A DNA stretch of 64,000 bases from Eledone cirrhosa (GCA_964016885.1 OZ024752.1:2976001-3040000), one strand, 5' to 3'. Positions 26,084 to 41,986 are shown, counted from the stretch's first letter. Made by a program: numbers and translations. The notes: generated by a model not told the origin, from the letters alone.

Positions 26084-28727
26084 GTATATTTATATGTGTG
26101 TGTGTGTGTGTGTCTGTGTGTGTACATGTGTCTGTGTGTAATTGTGAGTGTGGACCTCTATATTTCTATTTGTTAATGTGTGTGTGTGCGTGTGCCTATA
26201 CAATGATGACTGGGTCGATTATATACAAGGAAAATCTATTTGCAATAAGAAGTGAAAATATAAGTGTGCTGACCAGTGGTAGATTACCACACTAGGAAGG
26301 ATTCAACACTTCGTAAAATTAGTATCAATCGTAATGAATGAGCTGAAACGCGGGTTGCCACGCTGAATATTTGTAGGGGAACCAGGCTTATTTTGAAGAA
26401 TGCTACTAATTTCCCTTCAGCAGGAATGTTCTGATGTATTTACTGCTCAAATTTACTTTGGAAATTGTTAACTGAAAGACTGTGTGAGAGAACAAGCCTT
26501 CATCTATATATTAACAATATTCTTCATGTAAAAGTGTGATGGTGGTGGTATTGATGGTGGTGACGTTGTTGATGTTGCTGCCGCAGTTGTTGTTTTAAAA
26601 TTCATATAATTTTTTTCTCTCATTTTTTTAGGAATTAAATTCCACCTGGCTTTAATGGAATATGAAATTGGACAGTGATTTAATACATTATATTCACAAT
26701 TGTAAAAACATCTTTTGTTCGCATTCTGTATTTTGATTAACATTCATCCATTTTTCAGAAGAAACACGCTAAAACGATGAAATTATATTTCTCGGTTGGA
26801 GATACCAGAACATCATATGACAATATATTATTTTTTATAAGAAATGTTCGTACCGATTCAACCTAAAGAAATATTTTGAATTACTTCTGATTATGGTATA
26901 TTCTGAACATTGCAAAAGCTAGATTGATAACGTCATGAGCACTGGTTATGTTTCTTAGATAAAGATAAACGTTATTTAACGATTGTGTGTCCAATCACGA
27001 CAACGTTTCAAAACTGACTTCAGTTACTTTATGTAGAATTGGAGATGCTCGAAGATGTATATTTTTCAAACTGTGTATGGTATACAGGTTTGAGATCTAA
27101 GAATCTACGCAACGGCTCACTGTCTTGCAGGTTCTCACGCTCTGATAGAATTGAGGCTATTGGTGACCAGTTTGTACACATGAATGTGAATGTCTACTAC
27201 AGAAATTAACATAAATGTTAATTCCAAATTGAAGTTGAACAGTTCTATTGTAAGGAGATATTGATATTGCTTAGTGCAGTATCTGAGACGTTGCAAATAT
27301 GCAGATAGATGAGAGATTGGACAATAACTGTCATTAGTGAGACTATTTAGTCCTAGTTCACATGGTTTGGATTTGGACTTGTCTACGAGTTTCAAGCTAA
27401 CTCACTGTACATCACATATAATATACCTAGGATTTATATGCCCTTCCATTTTTAAATACCATAGGGTTTGGTTTGAAGGGGATTTGTGAGGCAATTTTGC
27501 GGTCAAGTATATGCCAACAATCTTTTGGCGGTCAAGTAGAGGCCAACAATTTTCTCATAACTTTGTACTCTATAATATACTCTGTATATAACAACAGCCT
27601 AATTCTACAGCAGCTGTTTAAACTTATTCGTGGAAAATGTGAGATTTAATAGAATGGCCATGCTGTTAATGTCGTAGTTGCATCCCCGCAATGCAATTGT
27701 AAACGTACATTCCCACCAGAAGATGTTGGAAAGATTGCCACTTATCATTATTTGCATATACATCAACTGCTTTAGATATTTATATATGGATGTAACTGCC
27801 TCATCAGAGACTGATACATATGAGTATATTACTCAAGGCTATGATGAGGATGATCATATTCATCATGATTATAATGATCATGATAAGGATGATGATGTTT
27901 ATCATCGTATCGTTGAGTTGATTCTGATGAGATTCTGAATTCTAAGAGATACTCCAAGAAGCGCGTAACACCTTTTATGGATATGATTCCTTAAATCCAT
28001 AAAAAATCATGAATATTTACTTCCAGAGATAGAATATTCTGAAAATCATTTTCTAAAATTCATGTTTCAAATAACACTTAAATGTAATAATGTAAAAAAT
28101 TGGTAATCAGATGTTTAAAGCTTGCAAAAAATTGCATCCATTCAGTTATATACATATGAGATTGGGCCGGGATATTGGAAAATGTAAAAAAATATATCAA
28201 CTTCAAAAATATTGCTTCAGATTGAAACATTTTTTATCATCCCTAGATTTTGGTTAATCTAAAGTGAAAACATAGAAGCGAAAATAAATAAATAAATATT
28301 ACACATTCTATAAAATCATAGATACATCCTGTATTCATAAAGTGAAATCACGTGAAACTATAAGATGTATAGGGATGCATGCAAATCTGTGAGTTCAAGA
28401 AAGTTCTGATTCAAATGATTGATTAATGTTTGGTTGCATTCTTTGATACATTAGACAGGTCGCTTCTACTATGGCCTTGGCTCCCATATATACGTGCTCT
28501 ACGGAAACTGTACAGCTATTACGTTACAAATTCTCTACTACAAATGCGACTTAGATGTGTAATTATTTGGAAAGCATGCCAGGTTCGATGCATAATATAA
28601 AAATACATTTTGTTACATGGATCCGACTTACATATACAGCTTATTTCATCCAAATCTACTTTAATATATATATATATATATATATGTTTCGTTTCTGAAT
28701 TCGTTTAGCAAGATTATTTAAAAGCAT

Positions 28728-28854
<127 letters not shown>

Positions 28855-28899
28855 AAGAATATGCCAAGTAGTTTCAGATGTTAAAGAGCTTTATTGATA

Positions 28900-28978
28900 A
28901 AGCTGTGATACATATTTCAATGACGACAGTGACCACGCAATTCCGCCTAACCAATGCCATGATCTCATCAGACAGCTT
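28900..28978 (-). ncRNA. Type I hammerhead ribozyme, intact core
   Basis: Minus strand: aagctgt-CTGATGA-gatcatggca...tgtcgtcatt-GAAA-tatgtatc-acagctt. Perfect 7-bp stem I, long stem II, AUC triplet. Confidence 0.8.
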
Positions 28979-29483
28979 CTTTTATAGTAAGGTTACATTC
29001 TCGAGGCCATCAAATTAAAGCAACAAGGGGAAATATACTCCGTCATTCATAAAATACGTTGAGTGCTTGAATTGAATTGCATCAATATTTACCACAATAA
29101 TTTAGCTCCTGAATGTTGAGCGCTTTATGGGGTAACAAATATATATATAGAAATACAGGCACCAGTTATCAACTACACGAGAAAAAATTTCCTCTACCGT
29201 GGGGATTGATTACAGATATTAGATATCCACACAAGTGAACGGACTTAAAATGATGAACAAACTTTCGACCCTATATCAAGAGGACCAAAAGCACCGTAAA
29301 ACCGTTAACAATCTACGTTTCTCACAGAAGCCAGGAATCGAGGGCCCTACCTATCTTTATCCGATAATGGACCGAAAATGAATTTGATGTGCACTTTACA
29401 TGGACAATATTGACTACTATTACCACACCATTGTGAATGTAATTCAATTGACTATTTTCGTCAATTCTACACTCTTTTGCATC

Positions 29484-29535
<52 letters not shown>

Positions 29536-30036
29536 CATACATATATATGTGTGTGTTTGTGTGTGTGTCGGTGTGTTTCTCTGTATGTGTGTGTGTAGTG
29601 GGGGCCGTGAATGAATGCGTTTATTCTCACAGTTATAGATACATATATTTCAGCAGAGCTAGAAATGAATACGTACATATATATACACAACACTCTATGA
29701 TGTCCCCCTCAGTGTGATGGATAAACAACAAGCCTTGAAAAACATGATCATTTCCCTTTTATATTTCTTTAACCCTTCCCAGATATTGTTTACTATATGT
29801 CTTGCATATCTTCGTTCACGAGCAAACTGAAATGTACATCAGAGGTCACTAGACCTGCTAGAAATTGCAGCTATACGTCTTCAAGATGTGAGGTCTTAAG
29901 AAATAAGAGCCCTCAGATAAACACTCAAACACGTACACATATATGTTTGTATGTACGTACTATGTATTTATGTATGTTTATATGTGTGTGTGTTTATGCA
30001 TGTATGCATGCGTATATGTGTATATTTATGTATGTG

Positions 30037-30099
<63 letters not shown>

Positions 30100-30334
30100 A
30101 TGCATATATATATGTATGTAATTCTGGTCATATTATTCTATACATTTGCACCGATAGAGAACCGGTTTCCAACAAGGATTCCATACATTTTCATTTGAAT
30201 TTAGACAGTATTGAACAGGTTAATACGTATGTATGTCTGTATATGTTTGTGTGTTTTTGCATGATAGGTATGGACGTTAGAGCTTGAGTGGATCTCAGGT
30301 TTTTAAGTTATATGTATATATCTGCATATGTTTA

Positions 30335-31600
30335 CATAGGCCCAAGAAGTTAATATGTCTCATTAATGGACTGTACTTTCAAATTTCTAACTAGCCATGC
30401 TCTTTTCTTCAGTGGAGTCCAGATTCTCAGTATGTGCCCTGAGATAACTAGTTACATACCCAAGTGCCCCAAAGATCACAGGTACATTTTTAAATGTATA
30501 GTTATGATGGAGTATATATGTTCTTCATTTAATGTACTCCGCTAAACTTTAATATTAAATTAACGTCTTTTATCTGTTTATGTGTTGGGTCGATTCGGTC
30601 GAGGTGATCTATGTCACTCTTAATATTCCCGGTGCCGGTTAGAAATTTTCGGATTTTAACATCAATTTCTCGGACCTCATCTAGCTTCGTAACTAAATGT
30701 AGAAATGTTGACTTCAGCACAGTCACAGAAAACACATTGTGTATCACTAATTTATGGAGCGTAGAGTTTTCCGAAAAAAAATTCCATCTTATGATATATT
30801 TTCATCTAGCCCTATGTATCTGAAGCAGTCTTCATCAGATGCCATTGAAGCAGTCTCTCCATTGAGTTTCAAAGCTGTTTTATCATACTAGAGAGACTGT
30901 CATCGTTATATACTACTGCGATAATCTATTTTAACAGTGACCGTGTAGTCCTCCGTCTTTATATTTCAAATAGAATAGTAGTCCAGAATTAAAATAGGTT
31001 CCCTAAGGCACCCATTACTTTGTCTTCAAATTTAGCAGGTCGTATATCCTCTAGCCTTTAAATAGTGATGAAGGGAATTGAATGCTTTCCTGCAAACCGA
31101 CCAGAATATACCCACGTTCATCCTATGTCACAGCACCGGTGACATCGGGATTTTTCTATTGCTGTTTGATATATTGAGATACGTTGTGGGATCTTGGACA
31201 GGACTTCTTGGCATATATTTCTCAAATCAGGTTATTCAAGTAAGGTGCCAATATAAAATTAATTTGGATAGAAATTCAGTTTTTGTTTTGTCTTTCTTTA
31301 TTCTAATGACACTACGGATTTGGAAATGTATTTTTATTTACTTCTACTTCAAACCTAATAATACAGGCATCCATTGGCTCTTTTCTAGGTGTAACTCTCC
31401 CTTCGTCCAATGGCATCTGAGGCCACATTTTGCAATAATTGATACTTTTACTTTTGTAATATTTGAGAAAGATTTGGCTGCGTATTTTATCCAGTTCTAT
31501 GATTACAAGTAGATGTTACAAAACTCCTCATAAGAGAGCAAAAGTTTACTGGAAAATATTTTTGCCATCTAAAGTATTTCTACCAAACCAACAAGAAATC
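30335..31600 (-). mobile_element. R4/Dong-like RLE non-LTR retrotransposon remnant, internally deleted
   Basis: Minus strand WSVCRKAFNSLHH (RT motif), LDEVREIDVKIRKFLT...KSDIDHL and VPVIFGALGYV. Confidence 0.6.
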
Positions 31601-33841
31601 TATTATTTTTTTCATGAAACGTAATAAAAATAAATCACATCAGACCAAGATACCATTCTCAGACAGTCCATTTTTTGTTCTGTTCCATAAACAATTTTAT
31701 TTATATTTATACATTTAGAATATTCTTGCACACTAGGATTCATATACATAGATTTATATCATTTCTTCCTTTTCTATAAACGTAGTTATACGTTTTCGTA
31801 TTTGTATTCCTGATATAATAATAATACAAATATTTTCTGGTTGTTTTCTGTTTCTATGTTACGGTACAATGGTTGATTATATATTTCAGTGTAATCCTAT
31901 ACAGAATAGATCATATTTTTTTTTTTGTTTTGTTTTTTCATATTTTGTTTTTCTCTTAATCTAATACTGGTTCAAGGATAGGTTTCCTAGATATATGGAA
32001 AAATATAACAATGTAATCAAGCTGAAAAGTAAACTTCAAAGTGTTCATTCGATCTGCTAGAAATTGCAGCCATTCACTCTAAAATCTCCTTTTCCAATAA
32101 GAAAAAAGAAAACATGTTGCAGATTGTAGATTTGGATACGCATAATATGGTTGAAAAAAAAGGTTTTAAAATGACGAGATGAATAGGAATGGAACACGTT
32201 TGATCATAAGTCTGATCGATATAGCCTTTCCCGAGGCGAGACACAACGAGCATCAAATAGACTGATTGTAGGGTGGTAAGAAGTATCATTTTACTTAAAT
32301 GGAAGCTAGGGTTAAAATTGTTCTAAGTGCACACTAGCTCAGTGATTGAGGAGGTTTTAAAAAGATACAGTTATCAATAAACTGGAATATTAATATTCGT
32401 CTTACAGATATTAAAATCTCCTGCAGGAAAAAACCCATAACGTTTACACTCACATAAAAATGTGCACACACACAATGGAACAATCTTCCTTTAATTTTAA
32501 AACCTGATTTGAGGGCAAATTACCTACATTCCCAAGCCCCTCGAACAACATATTAATGTATGCAGGCAATATTCACCGAGGGCTACAATAACGCCCATGA
32601 ATCATTAATATTATACATACTTATATTCTCTAACTTGACAAATACAAGAGGAATAGAAAATACATTAATAAAAATCGACATTAACGCATTGTAAACTTAT
32701 GGTATATTCAACATGTGTTATGTTCAAAACATGGGGTATGTCTTTTTTTTTTCATGTTTATGTATATCCAGTTTAGTGAAATAATAGATAAATTCAAAAT
32801 ATTTGTTTTGAAACGACGTAGAATAATGTTTTACATAAAGAGCTGAAAATGTTGGTAAAACTATAATTCTTTCCTCTGTAAACCAACAATATTTCTTATG
32901 TTTTATCATTTTCTGAATGTTTACTGATATTTTTACTGCGTAATATTAGTTTATAAACCTAAATAATAACAAACTATATAAAAGAAGAAAAATTCTTTAA
33001 ATATATTTCCTTGCTAGATATCAAGAAACCTTTTCCATAGCAACATGCTGGGAGAAAATGTGATATTTAGTCAACATACAATATTCGTAAGACTGGATTT
33101 CAAAATTTTGGTTTTGAGCCAAATATAAGATATTGATTTTATGAATACACACGCGCACAAATACAAAGACACACACACACATATACATATACACATGTGT
33201 GGGTGGGTGTGTGTGTGTGCGGACGTACGTGTACATACACACACACATATATTTATATATATATATATATATGTATATACATGTATATATGTATATACAT
33301 GTATATACATGTATATATGTGTATACATGTATATATATGTATATATATGTATATATGTATATATATATATGTATATATGTTTATTATTTAAAGCATTTTT
33401 CTATCTCCTGTTAACGTTATGGGACCGAGTATTATATGGATCTAATATTCAACAAGCTGATATCCACACTACGATCCGAAAGACTGAATAGTTAAATGTA
33501 GTAGAAATGATTAGAAATATAAAGAAAACAGTGAATTACAAGAATAATTACCGACGTATTTTCCCATCTAAACATAAAGACATATAACTCTTATAAATAC
33601 TTCAACATGTGTACATCACAACATACTAGTGTAGGCATTATTTTGATACATGTGCTCAATATAGAAACATCTGTTACAAATATTGGTGGGGTCTTCACCA
33701 ATAATTAAGATCTAATTTTCTGCGAGCTGCGTGTAAAAAGCCACCGTTTTAAACAAAATATTACGAGTTGTTATTTACACTAGTAAATATCTATCGCTAG
33801 CGTTGGTTCTTCTGAATTTGTTTTGCTAACTTCTCTTCTTA

Positions 33842-33904
<63 letters not shown>

Positions 33905-33907
33905 TCT

Positions 33908-33939
<32 letters not shown>

Positions 33940-35212
33940 AGTGTGTGTTTGTGTGTGCGTGTATCTGTGTGTGTGATGTAAATATAACCAGCCTTCTTGA
34001 ATTAGTGATCGTTCCTCTGAAAAATGATGAAGTGTATATTAATTATATAAGTAATGTATCCAAGAGCAAGAGTATGTCCGTCCAGAAAATGTTGTGTGAA
34101 CATTTCGGATAATTTCTATATTCCTTATGACATATAGACCGTTGCTATATATCGGTATTCACGCATAAACACAATTATAATTGTAGATATTCTCCGATGT
34201 GGACCTAATCTATAAGGATTAGCTGATTCGATTTCCTGCATCCCAAGGTATAGCTGAATGTCTTTATATTTCAAACATATATCCGAAGACAATTTATTTC
34301 CCATTTGTGCATAACATTGTAAACTCCCTGGCTATTCTACACGATAGAACTACTACACTCACATCAGTGGTGTCCCATTCTAAGCTATCCCGTTTTCCCC
34401 CTAAAACGAATGAAAATTTTGAATCATCATATAGACTCTATATGAGGATTCAAAATGTATACTCTATATTATAGAGTATAATATCATTGGTAATATCAGT
34501 TTGAACTGAACTGATTTGGGCTTAAACACCGATGTCTAAGGTTTTGAAGATATCTTCATTATACTTTATCCCAGAAGAATGTGTAAGGTCTGATATATCT
34601 TATTGTATGATTTCATTATGTGATAGTTTAGGGCTGTAATTATCCCTCTTAGGATACTAGCCATTCGAGATAACTGTTTATTGATCAACTGTCATTCCTC
34701 TTCTCTGAGACTGCACAAGACATTCTCCCCTGCTGAACATCATAGAGGAAACACTAAGAATGGACATGAGAACGTTTAACGCTGTATGATGATGAAAGGA
34801 TATTGTTGTGATTACTGGCATAACATGTCACACTTTGGAGCAGGTCTCAATGTAACAACTTCCTTTATCGGACATCCTAACTGTAATGTGACATTGATGC
34901 TCACATGGGACATAATAATTAGGAAAATAATGAAAGTAGAATTTAAAATATTATTTATGATGGTAACATTAAAAACAACGTAGCACATAGTGTGCTTAAT
35001 GTGGTAATTATGTTGATAACTTTAATGATGATGATAATGATAATGATGATGATGATGATATAGATGACCATGAAGATGATGTTGATGGTGATGGTGTTGT
35101 GGTATCGGTGGTGGTGGTGGTGGTTGTGGTGGTGGTGGTGGTGAGGATGAGAAATATGAGTCAATGAATTCCATTACGCCGCCAGACAAAGACGGCCAAT
35201 ACAAAATATGAA

Positions 35213-35340
<128 letters not shown>

Positions 35341-35802
35341 TATATATATATATATATGTATATATTTATTTGCAGATTCTTAGTGACTAACCTAATATAT
35401 AACATATAAAAGTACTTCAATTGCACAAGTAATAAAGGTAAACAGATTTATGAAGTGGCATTTTGAAGCGCTGGAATGAATATATTTACTCCCGACTTTT
35501 TCTTCTTTTAGCCATTTCTGTGTATATATTCAGAATCTCCATGTAGTCAGTTCAACACTGTGATTGATATCGGTATACAAACATTACCATAAGTGCATGG
35601 TATACAGATTGTAGTTTGCTTTATTCAATATATAAAATATATATCTCAGTGAAGGCTTACATTTACATGATTTCCGCCATTTAAGTATCAAGATAGTTTT
35701 CAGATACTTTTTAGGATTTACGACTAGTCTCTCCATATAGTCTGCTCCCCCTAACAACCCCCCAGTCACCTGCCACTATCACACTCCTCACACTCACACA
35801 CA

Positions 35803-35846
<44 letters not shown>

Positions 35847-36368
35847 TATACCCACACATACATCGACACAGACACACACACATATATATATATCTACACA
35901 TAATGCATATATGTATTTATATATATATACATATTCATGTGTGTGTGTGTGTGTTTGTGTATGTGTATCTGTGGGAATGTGAGCATATGTGTAAGTGTAT
36001 ATATACTTATATGTATAATTGTGTGTAAGAAGGAGTGTTATTAGATGTGTCTAAAAACGTGTTTCAGTGTAAAGTGTGAATAATAATATATACCTATTCC
36101 AATGTATATAGCAACATGCATAAAAATAGATTAGATAGAGTGATAAAATACCGAGATATACATATACAGAGCGTATCTCTATATATACACACTCACATAC
36201 ATACACACAAAGCCACACATACAATAGCAGACAGTAACTGATATACATACGTTTTATAAGAATACATATTTAATATTTCTCTCAAACAATCTTTCTTTTT
36301 ACATATGTACATACATGGAACGCACACACACGAACACACTCTGAAGCAGACACCTAAATACACCCCCA

Positions 36369-36413
<45 letters not shown>

Positions 36414-36418
36414 ATATA

Positions 36419-36485
<67 letters not shown>

Positions 36486-36494
36486 CATATATAT

Positions 36495-36683
36495 TATTAG
36501 AAAGTGAGATATTTTTTACAGAATGAAAAATAACCGAGGTGTCCTACACGAGTGAAAGTATAAAGAAAAAAAGATGAAATCGAAAATGCAACTGAAGTCT
36601 TATTTAAAAAAAAATATATATATTTATTTAGTTCCGTACCGGTTTCGCAGTTCTTCTGCTTTTCAAAAGTAGAATTGAGATGG

Positions 36684-36686
<3 letters not shown>
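36495..36686 (-). mobile_element. Family D PLE terminal fragment with U3-A8 hammerhead variant (36633-36672)
   Basis: Homologous to 49134-49325. Minus strand ctactt-TTGAAAA-gcag-aagaa-ctgc-GAAA-ccggta. (TA)n on both sides. Confidence 0.75.
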
Positions 36687-36768
<82 letters not shown>

Positions 36769-37188
36769 ATATGTTAATATGTATTCAATGAAAGGCAAAG
36801 AAAACTAAATATTGAATTACTGTATTGAACGAAACACTATATGTTATTTAAAAAGTGTTGTTATAGATGGTGTGTGTATGCAATACACCCATATACACAG
36901 ACACCTGAAAGTTTAGCTTTCTAACGTTATATCAAATATGTTTTTTTACAGTGCGGCCTATACGTATGTATATATGTATGTATGTATCTATGCATGTATG
37001 TATTTATGTATATATGTATGTATATATCTTTTGGATGGTATTTCATTCTCTTTGGCCGTCTATTAGTCTCACTCTATGTCTATCTATGTCCCTCTTCGTC
37101 TCGTATATCCATTCCACCATCGACACATTTCAAGCTTGTCCCTTGCATTTACATTAACTAAATGAAATATACACGATGATACACACAT

Positions 37189-37219
<31 letters not shown>

Positions 37220-37464
37220 TATTTATTTATGTTATATATATATAAAAGCTGGGATGTGTGTGTGTCTGTGGACAACTTTGGACAACCGAATTTGAGCAAA
37301 TTTGCTGTGCACGTTCCACCTTTCGCGAGGATGGTCACATCACAAACATTTTTCAAATCTACCCACGTTGAGCAATAAGAAATCGATAGCAAAATTATCT
37401 ATATATATAAAAGCGAAGATGTGTATGCACAGAGTATGAAAAACCACGGGGATTAGAATCAGTG

Positions 37465-38100
37465 GTAGAGGAAACACTGAGAGAGTGAGAGAGCGAACGA
37501 GAGAGAGAGAAGATATGGTAGAGAAGGAGAGGTGGGAGATATAGTACAGACGGAGAGAGAGGAGATATGTTACAGAGAGAGTGAGAGAGAGGATATATGG
37601 TACAGGGAGAGAGGGAGAGAGGGAGAGAGAAGATATGGGACAGAGGGAGAGAGAGAGACAGAGGAAATATGATATAAAGTGAGAGAGAGGAGATATGGTA
37701 TAAAGAGAGCGAGAGAGGGGGATATATGATACGAAGAGGGAGAGAGAGAGAACGAGAGAGCGCGAGAGCGAGAGAGAATGAAGGAGCACGTGAGCGAGAG
37801 AAGAGATATGATATAAAAAGTGACAGAGAGGGAGATGAGATACAAAGAGAGAGAAAGAAGGATATATGATACAAAGAGAGAAAGAAAGAGAGGAGTGATA
37901 CAAAAGAGTGAGAGTGAAAAGACATAGTTAATAGATGGGGGGAGGGAGATGAAATATAAAGAGAGGGAAAAAGAGACAGAGAGAGAGAGAGAGGGAAATA
38001 GAGAAAGAGAGGAGAAATGACACAAACAGAGAGATGGGGAAAACAAGATATAAAAAGAGAGAAAGCGAGAGAGAAAATAACAGAAAGAAAGAGACGGAGT
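37465..38100 (+). repeat. GA-rich minisatellite inside the Helitron
   Basis: Repeated variants of gagagagaggagatat(g/a)gta(c/t)a(g/a)agag. Confidence 0.8.
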
Positions 38101-38809
38101 AAGTAAGAGTGGTGGAAAGAGGTAGGAAGATACGTTGAAGGGCAGGAGAAAAAAGTAGAGGAGTGAGGAGATGAAAAAATTATGGAAGCCAGTTAGGACA
38201 AGTAATTGTGTATTGTATACAAATCTAAGATGGTCACATCACAAACATTTTTCAAAATCGACCCATGTTGAGCAATAAAAAAATCGATAGCAATAACATT
38301 AAGGGCTGTATTCGTATACATCAAACTTTATTGACAATGAAGGAACATATTGAACAGGATCTAGTTATTCAAAGTATTTTTTAAGTTTTGCCACTATATT
38401 TTTAATTTTAATGTAACGCTTCAATTCACATATTTTGACTTTACAATTTAAATTGAACGATTTAATTAACAACTTAATTTCTGGTGATCATGAGCAAATT
38501 ATTTTATGAAAAATGCATACTATAAGGGAGATAACAATGAAGACAAAATCCTCATGGGATTTTCCATGCAAATTAAAAGTTGCAATTACTTTTACATTTT
38601 TCGAGCTTTTTTTACCAAATGTGAGGCAGGCATTGCCTATGTCGTCGAGGTAATACAAGAACGTAATTTGTTCTAAAGTGTATGCTGTAAGGGAGAAATC
38701 AATCTATAAACAATCCTTATGGGACTTTCCATTCAAATCGCTTAGGCCTACAACTTCTATATATTTAAATTAATTTCGTCCACATTTGACGCCGGCATTA
38801 TATATGCTT

Positions 38810-40420
38810 CCAGCTGTATTCGTGATCATCTGTCCTTGTGGATGAAACATAGTGTTGAACTAACAGACGACTACAGACACCAAACACAATTGCTGCTTCC
38901 AGAAATAGAGGTCGGCTTAGTAAGGAATTATACAACAGAGCTCTCATTGATATTGAGGACAAGTTAGCTCTGATTGGAGGAAAGGTTTTACGTGACTACG
39001 GGATACCAGAAACTCATCGCACGGACTCAAATAAACTTCCCACAAATATCATACAGGAGACTTCTTACGACATCCATGATCTCGGCCTCTACGTCACAGA
39101 TAATTAGCCTACATTTCTAGCTGATCAGCGACTGGCTTATACCACCATTACTAAATCGGTATCTCAAAGAAGAGGTGACATATTTTTCCTCGATGCTCCA
39201 GTGGGGAAAGGAAAAACTTTGGTTACTAAACGTCTTGCAAAGGTTAGACAGATAAGGACATAGCAATAGCAGTTGCGTCCTCTGGAATGGAAGGACGGCA
39301 CATTCAATTTTTAAATTGCTCCTTGATTTTGAAAAATTGGAAACCTCTACTTGTCATATCACAAAAGACTCCGAAAGGGCGCATCTACTGCGAAGGTGTC
39401 ACCTTATTGTTTTGGAGGAGTGCACAATGGCACACAAAAGTGCTATTGTGGCACTAGACAGGTCTTCGCAAGTCATACGGGATTTCAGTGATGTTATGGG
39501 GGCTGTCACCCTTCTGATATCAGGAGACTTCAGACAGACTCTTCCTATAATACCGAAAGGAACAAGAGCAGATGCGGTAAATGCATGTCTTACGTCTTCA
39601 CCATTGTGGTGACAAGTGACATCATTAAGACTAACTACCAACATGCGTGCAAGATTGCATGGGGACCATCTGTCATCAACATTTTCTGGAGACATTCTTA
39701 CAATAGGAGATGGTAATCTACCTCCGGATACAGATGGACACATAGCAATTGATCACATCTGCAATGTAGTTGAAACTGTCGATGATCTCAAGGCGAGTGT
39801 ATTCCCGAACTTGCGTAATAACTATACGAATCTTGATTAGCTATGGGAAAGTACCATTCTAGCACCCAAAAATATCACGGTTAACTGTATTAACGATCAG
39901 CTTCTTCAGCCTATTCCTGGATGTCCACAGATATATAAATCTATTGATACGGGTATGTGATCCACAGCATGCGGTCAATTATCCAGTTGAATTTCTAAAT
40001 TCTTTAAATCCTCCCGGTTTACCTCCTAATACATTGCTTCGGAAAGAGGAATCGTCAGTTATTTTGCTGAGAAATACCACTCCTCCAAAACTATGCATGG
40101 TGCACGCCTTGTGGTTAAAAAAACTGTCTCTGCTTAGTATTGATGCTACCATTCTATCCGGATGTGGAAAAGGCGAGTATGTGATAATAACAAAAAATTA
40201 GCTTGACTACATTAGGCGTGGATACACATTCTCCTTTCGCTGAACCCAATTTCCCCTTCGCTTTGCCTTTGCGAGGTCCATAAACAAGTCGCAAGGTCAA
40301 ACTCTGTCCGTCGCTGGAATTCACTTGGATGAACCTTGCTTTTCGCACGTTGCCTGATCACGAGTTGGCAGTAGAGATATTCTCTTTGCGTTTGTTCCGA
40401 AAAGAAAAACACAGAATATC
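38810..40420 (+). pseudogene. Helitron PIF1-family helicase pseudogene
   Basis: FFLDAPVGKGKT (Walker A), AVASSG, LIVLEECTMAHK, SGDFRQTLPIIPKGTRAD, LTTNMR, ILAPKN and NYPVEFLNSLNPPGLPP, with multiple stops and frameshifts. Confidence 0.9.
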
Positions 40421-40915
40421 GTCTGTCCTGAAGTGCTTTAGTGTTAACAAAAACACGTATTACAGCTCTGCCTTGACATCACCTTACTCATTACAAAACA
40501 TACCAATGAATATGTCATGCGGGATATTTTGGATTATAAGTTCAAAATGTAACCGCACACAGCAAAGGATGCTCTCAACGAATACAATTTCTCTTATTCT
40601 ACTCTCATTGTTTTTTTTGTTTGTAGACAACACTGCTTTCATTACAACTTGTTTGTACTTTAGCAAAACTGCCTGTTTTTTACAGATTTGACGTGTCTTT
40701 ATGCATTTGTATAACTACATCCTGTTCAGTGTTTTCATTCATTATCAGCGTAGTTTTATGTGTACAAATATTGCACTAAATATTCGTTTGCACTAATTAT
40801 TGAAGACTTCTGCTTATTTTGACAAGTTGGAGACAAATAATGTTCTTCTTTTACTTCCTATCTGTATATTCTTAGCATAATTTCAAACACCGGGCAACGC
40901 CGGGTAAATCTACTA

Positions 40916-40968
<53 letters not shown>

Positions 40969-41883
40969 CATATATATATATATATATATACGCCAGTTAA
41001 ATCATGCGTATGTTCAATCACGGGATACTTTTAATCATTAACTACGTCACCACTCCGTGCGTTTGAATGGAAATGTGATAGAATTGTGATGTTAGCATGT
41101 ATCTTCAATCCACATGAATGCTTAAGTGTGAGACATGTAAATATTAAAGAAACAGACCCTCTTTTTCCCATAAACAATGTTGGCTGGTGTCAATACAAAA
41201 ATAAAGAAGCTATGTTCATGTTAATTGCAAATATTTTCCTTTGATAACCTTTATAATTACAATTATAAATCTCAAAGACTGTCTTTTAACAGTATCTGGC
41301 AGTGCAGGCGATTATTTATGGTAAGCTCTAGGTAGATGTTAATAGGATAGACAATACAAGGGCACCCGTCATAACAAGTCTAACTTCATAAGAAGCAAAC
41401 TGATCGTCTTTACACAAACAATGTAAACGTGGCTTAACTTTATATATATCAGCAAGATAAATCTAATCTTCTTATCTATGGTATAATCTCTAAGATCATT
41501 TAGGAATCAATAAACAAATCTCCCATGATGTACGAAGGCGGTGAAGCAGAGTACAAAGCCAATAATTCACAAATAAGAAAGAGCAAAATTAAGATTTGTT
41601 ATTCATCGAAGAGGTTTCTATGCATCAATCAGAATATATACGAAATACCAAACAAATTTGTTCATAAATTGCTCAAGCTTGCTTTTTCGTACACAGATAC
41701 CTGTATGTTTTCTAATTTAGGCATTGACTCCAGCACTCTAGAAAAATGTACAAGGTCTAACTGTCATAAGGAGGTAGGTTCGCAATAGCACGTTGCTGGT
41801 ATTTACTTTATAGACCCCGACATTTTCAAATGTAAACTCGGTGAGATTTGGAATCATTCAGACTACTGATAACATGAACAATT

Positions 41884-41920
41884 AAAATATACAAAAAATT
41901 GGTGATGAAGTCAAATCCTC

Positions 41921-41986
<66 letters not shown>

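Larger units (their letters stand above)
37232..40917 (+). mobile_element. Internally deleted Helitron with duplicated 5' region
   Basis: A|TCTATATATATAAAAG at 37398 and a similar start near 37232; PIF1 helicase remnant; 3' accgggcaacgccgggt hairpin (40889-40905) then CTAG (40913-40916) followed by T. Confidence 0.85.
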
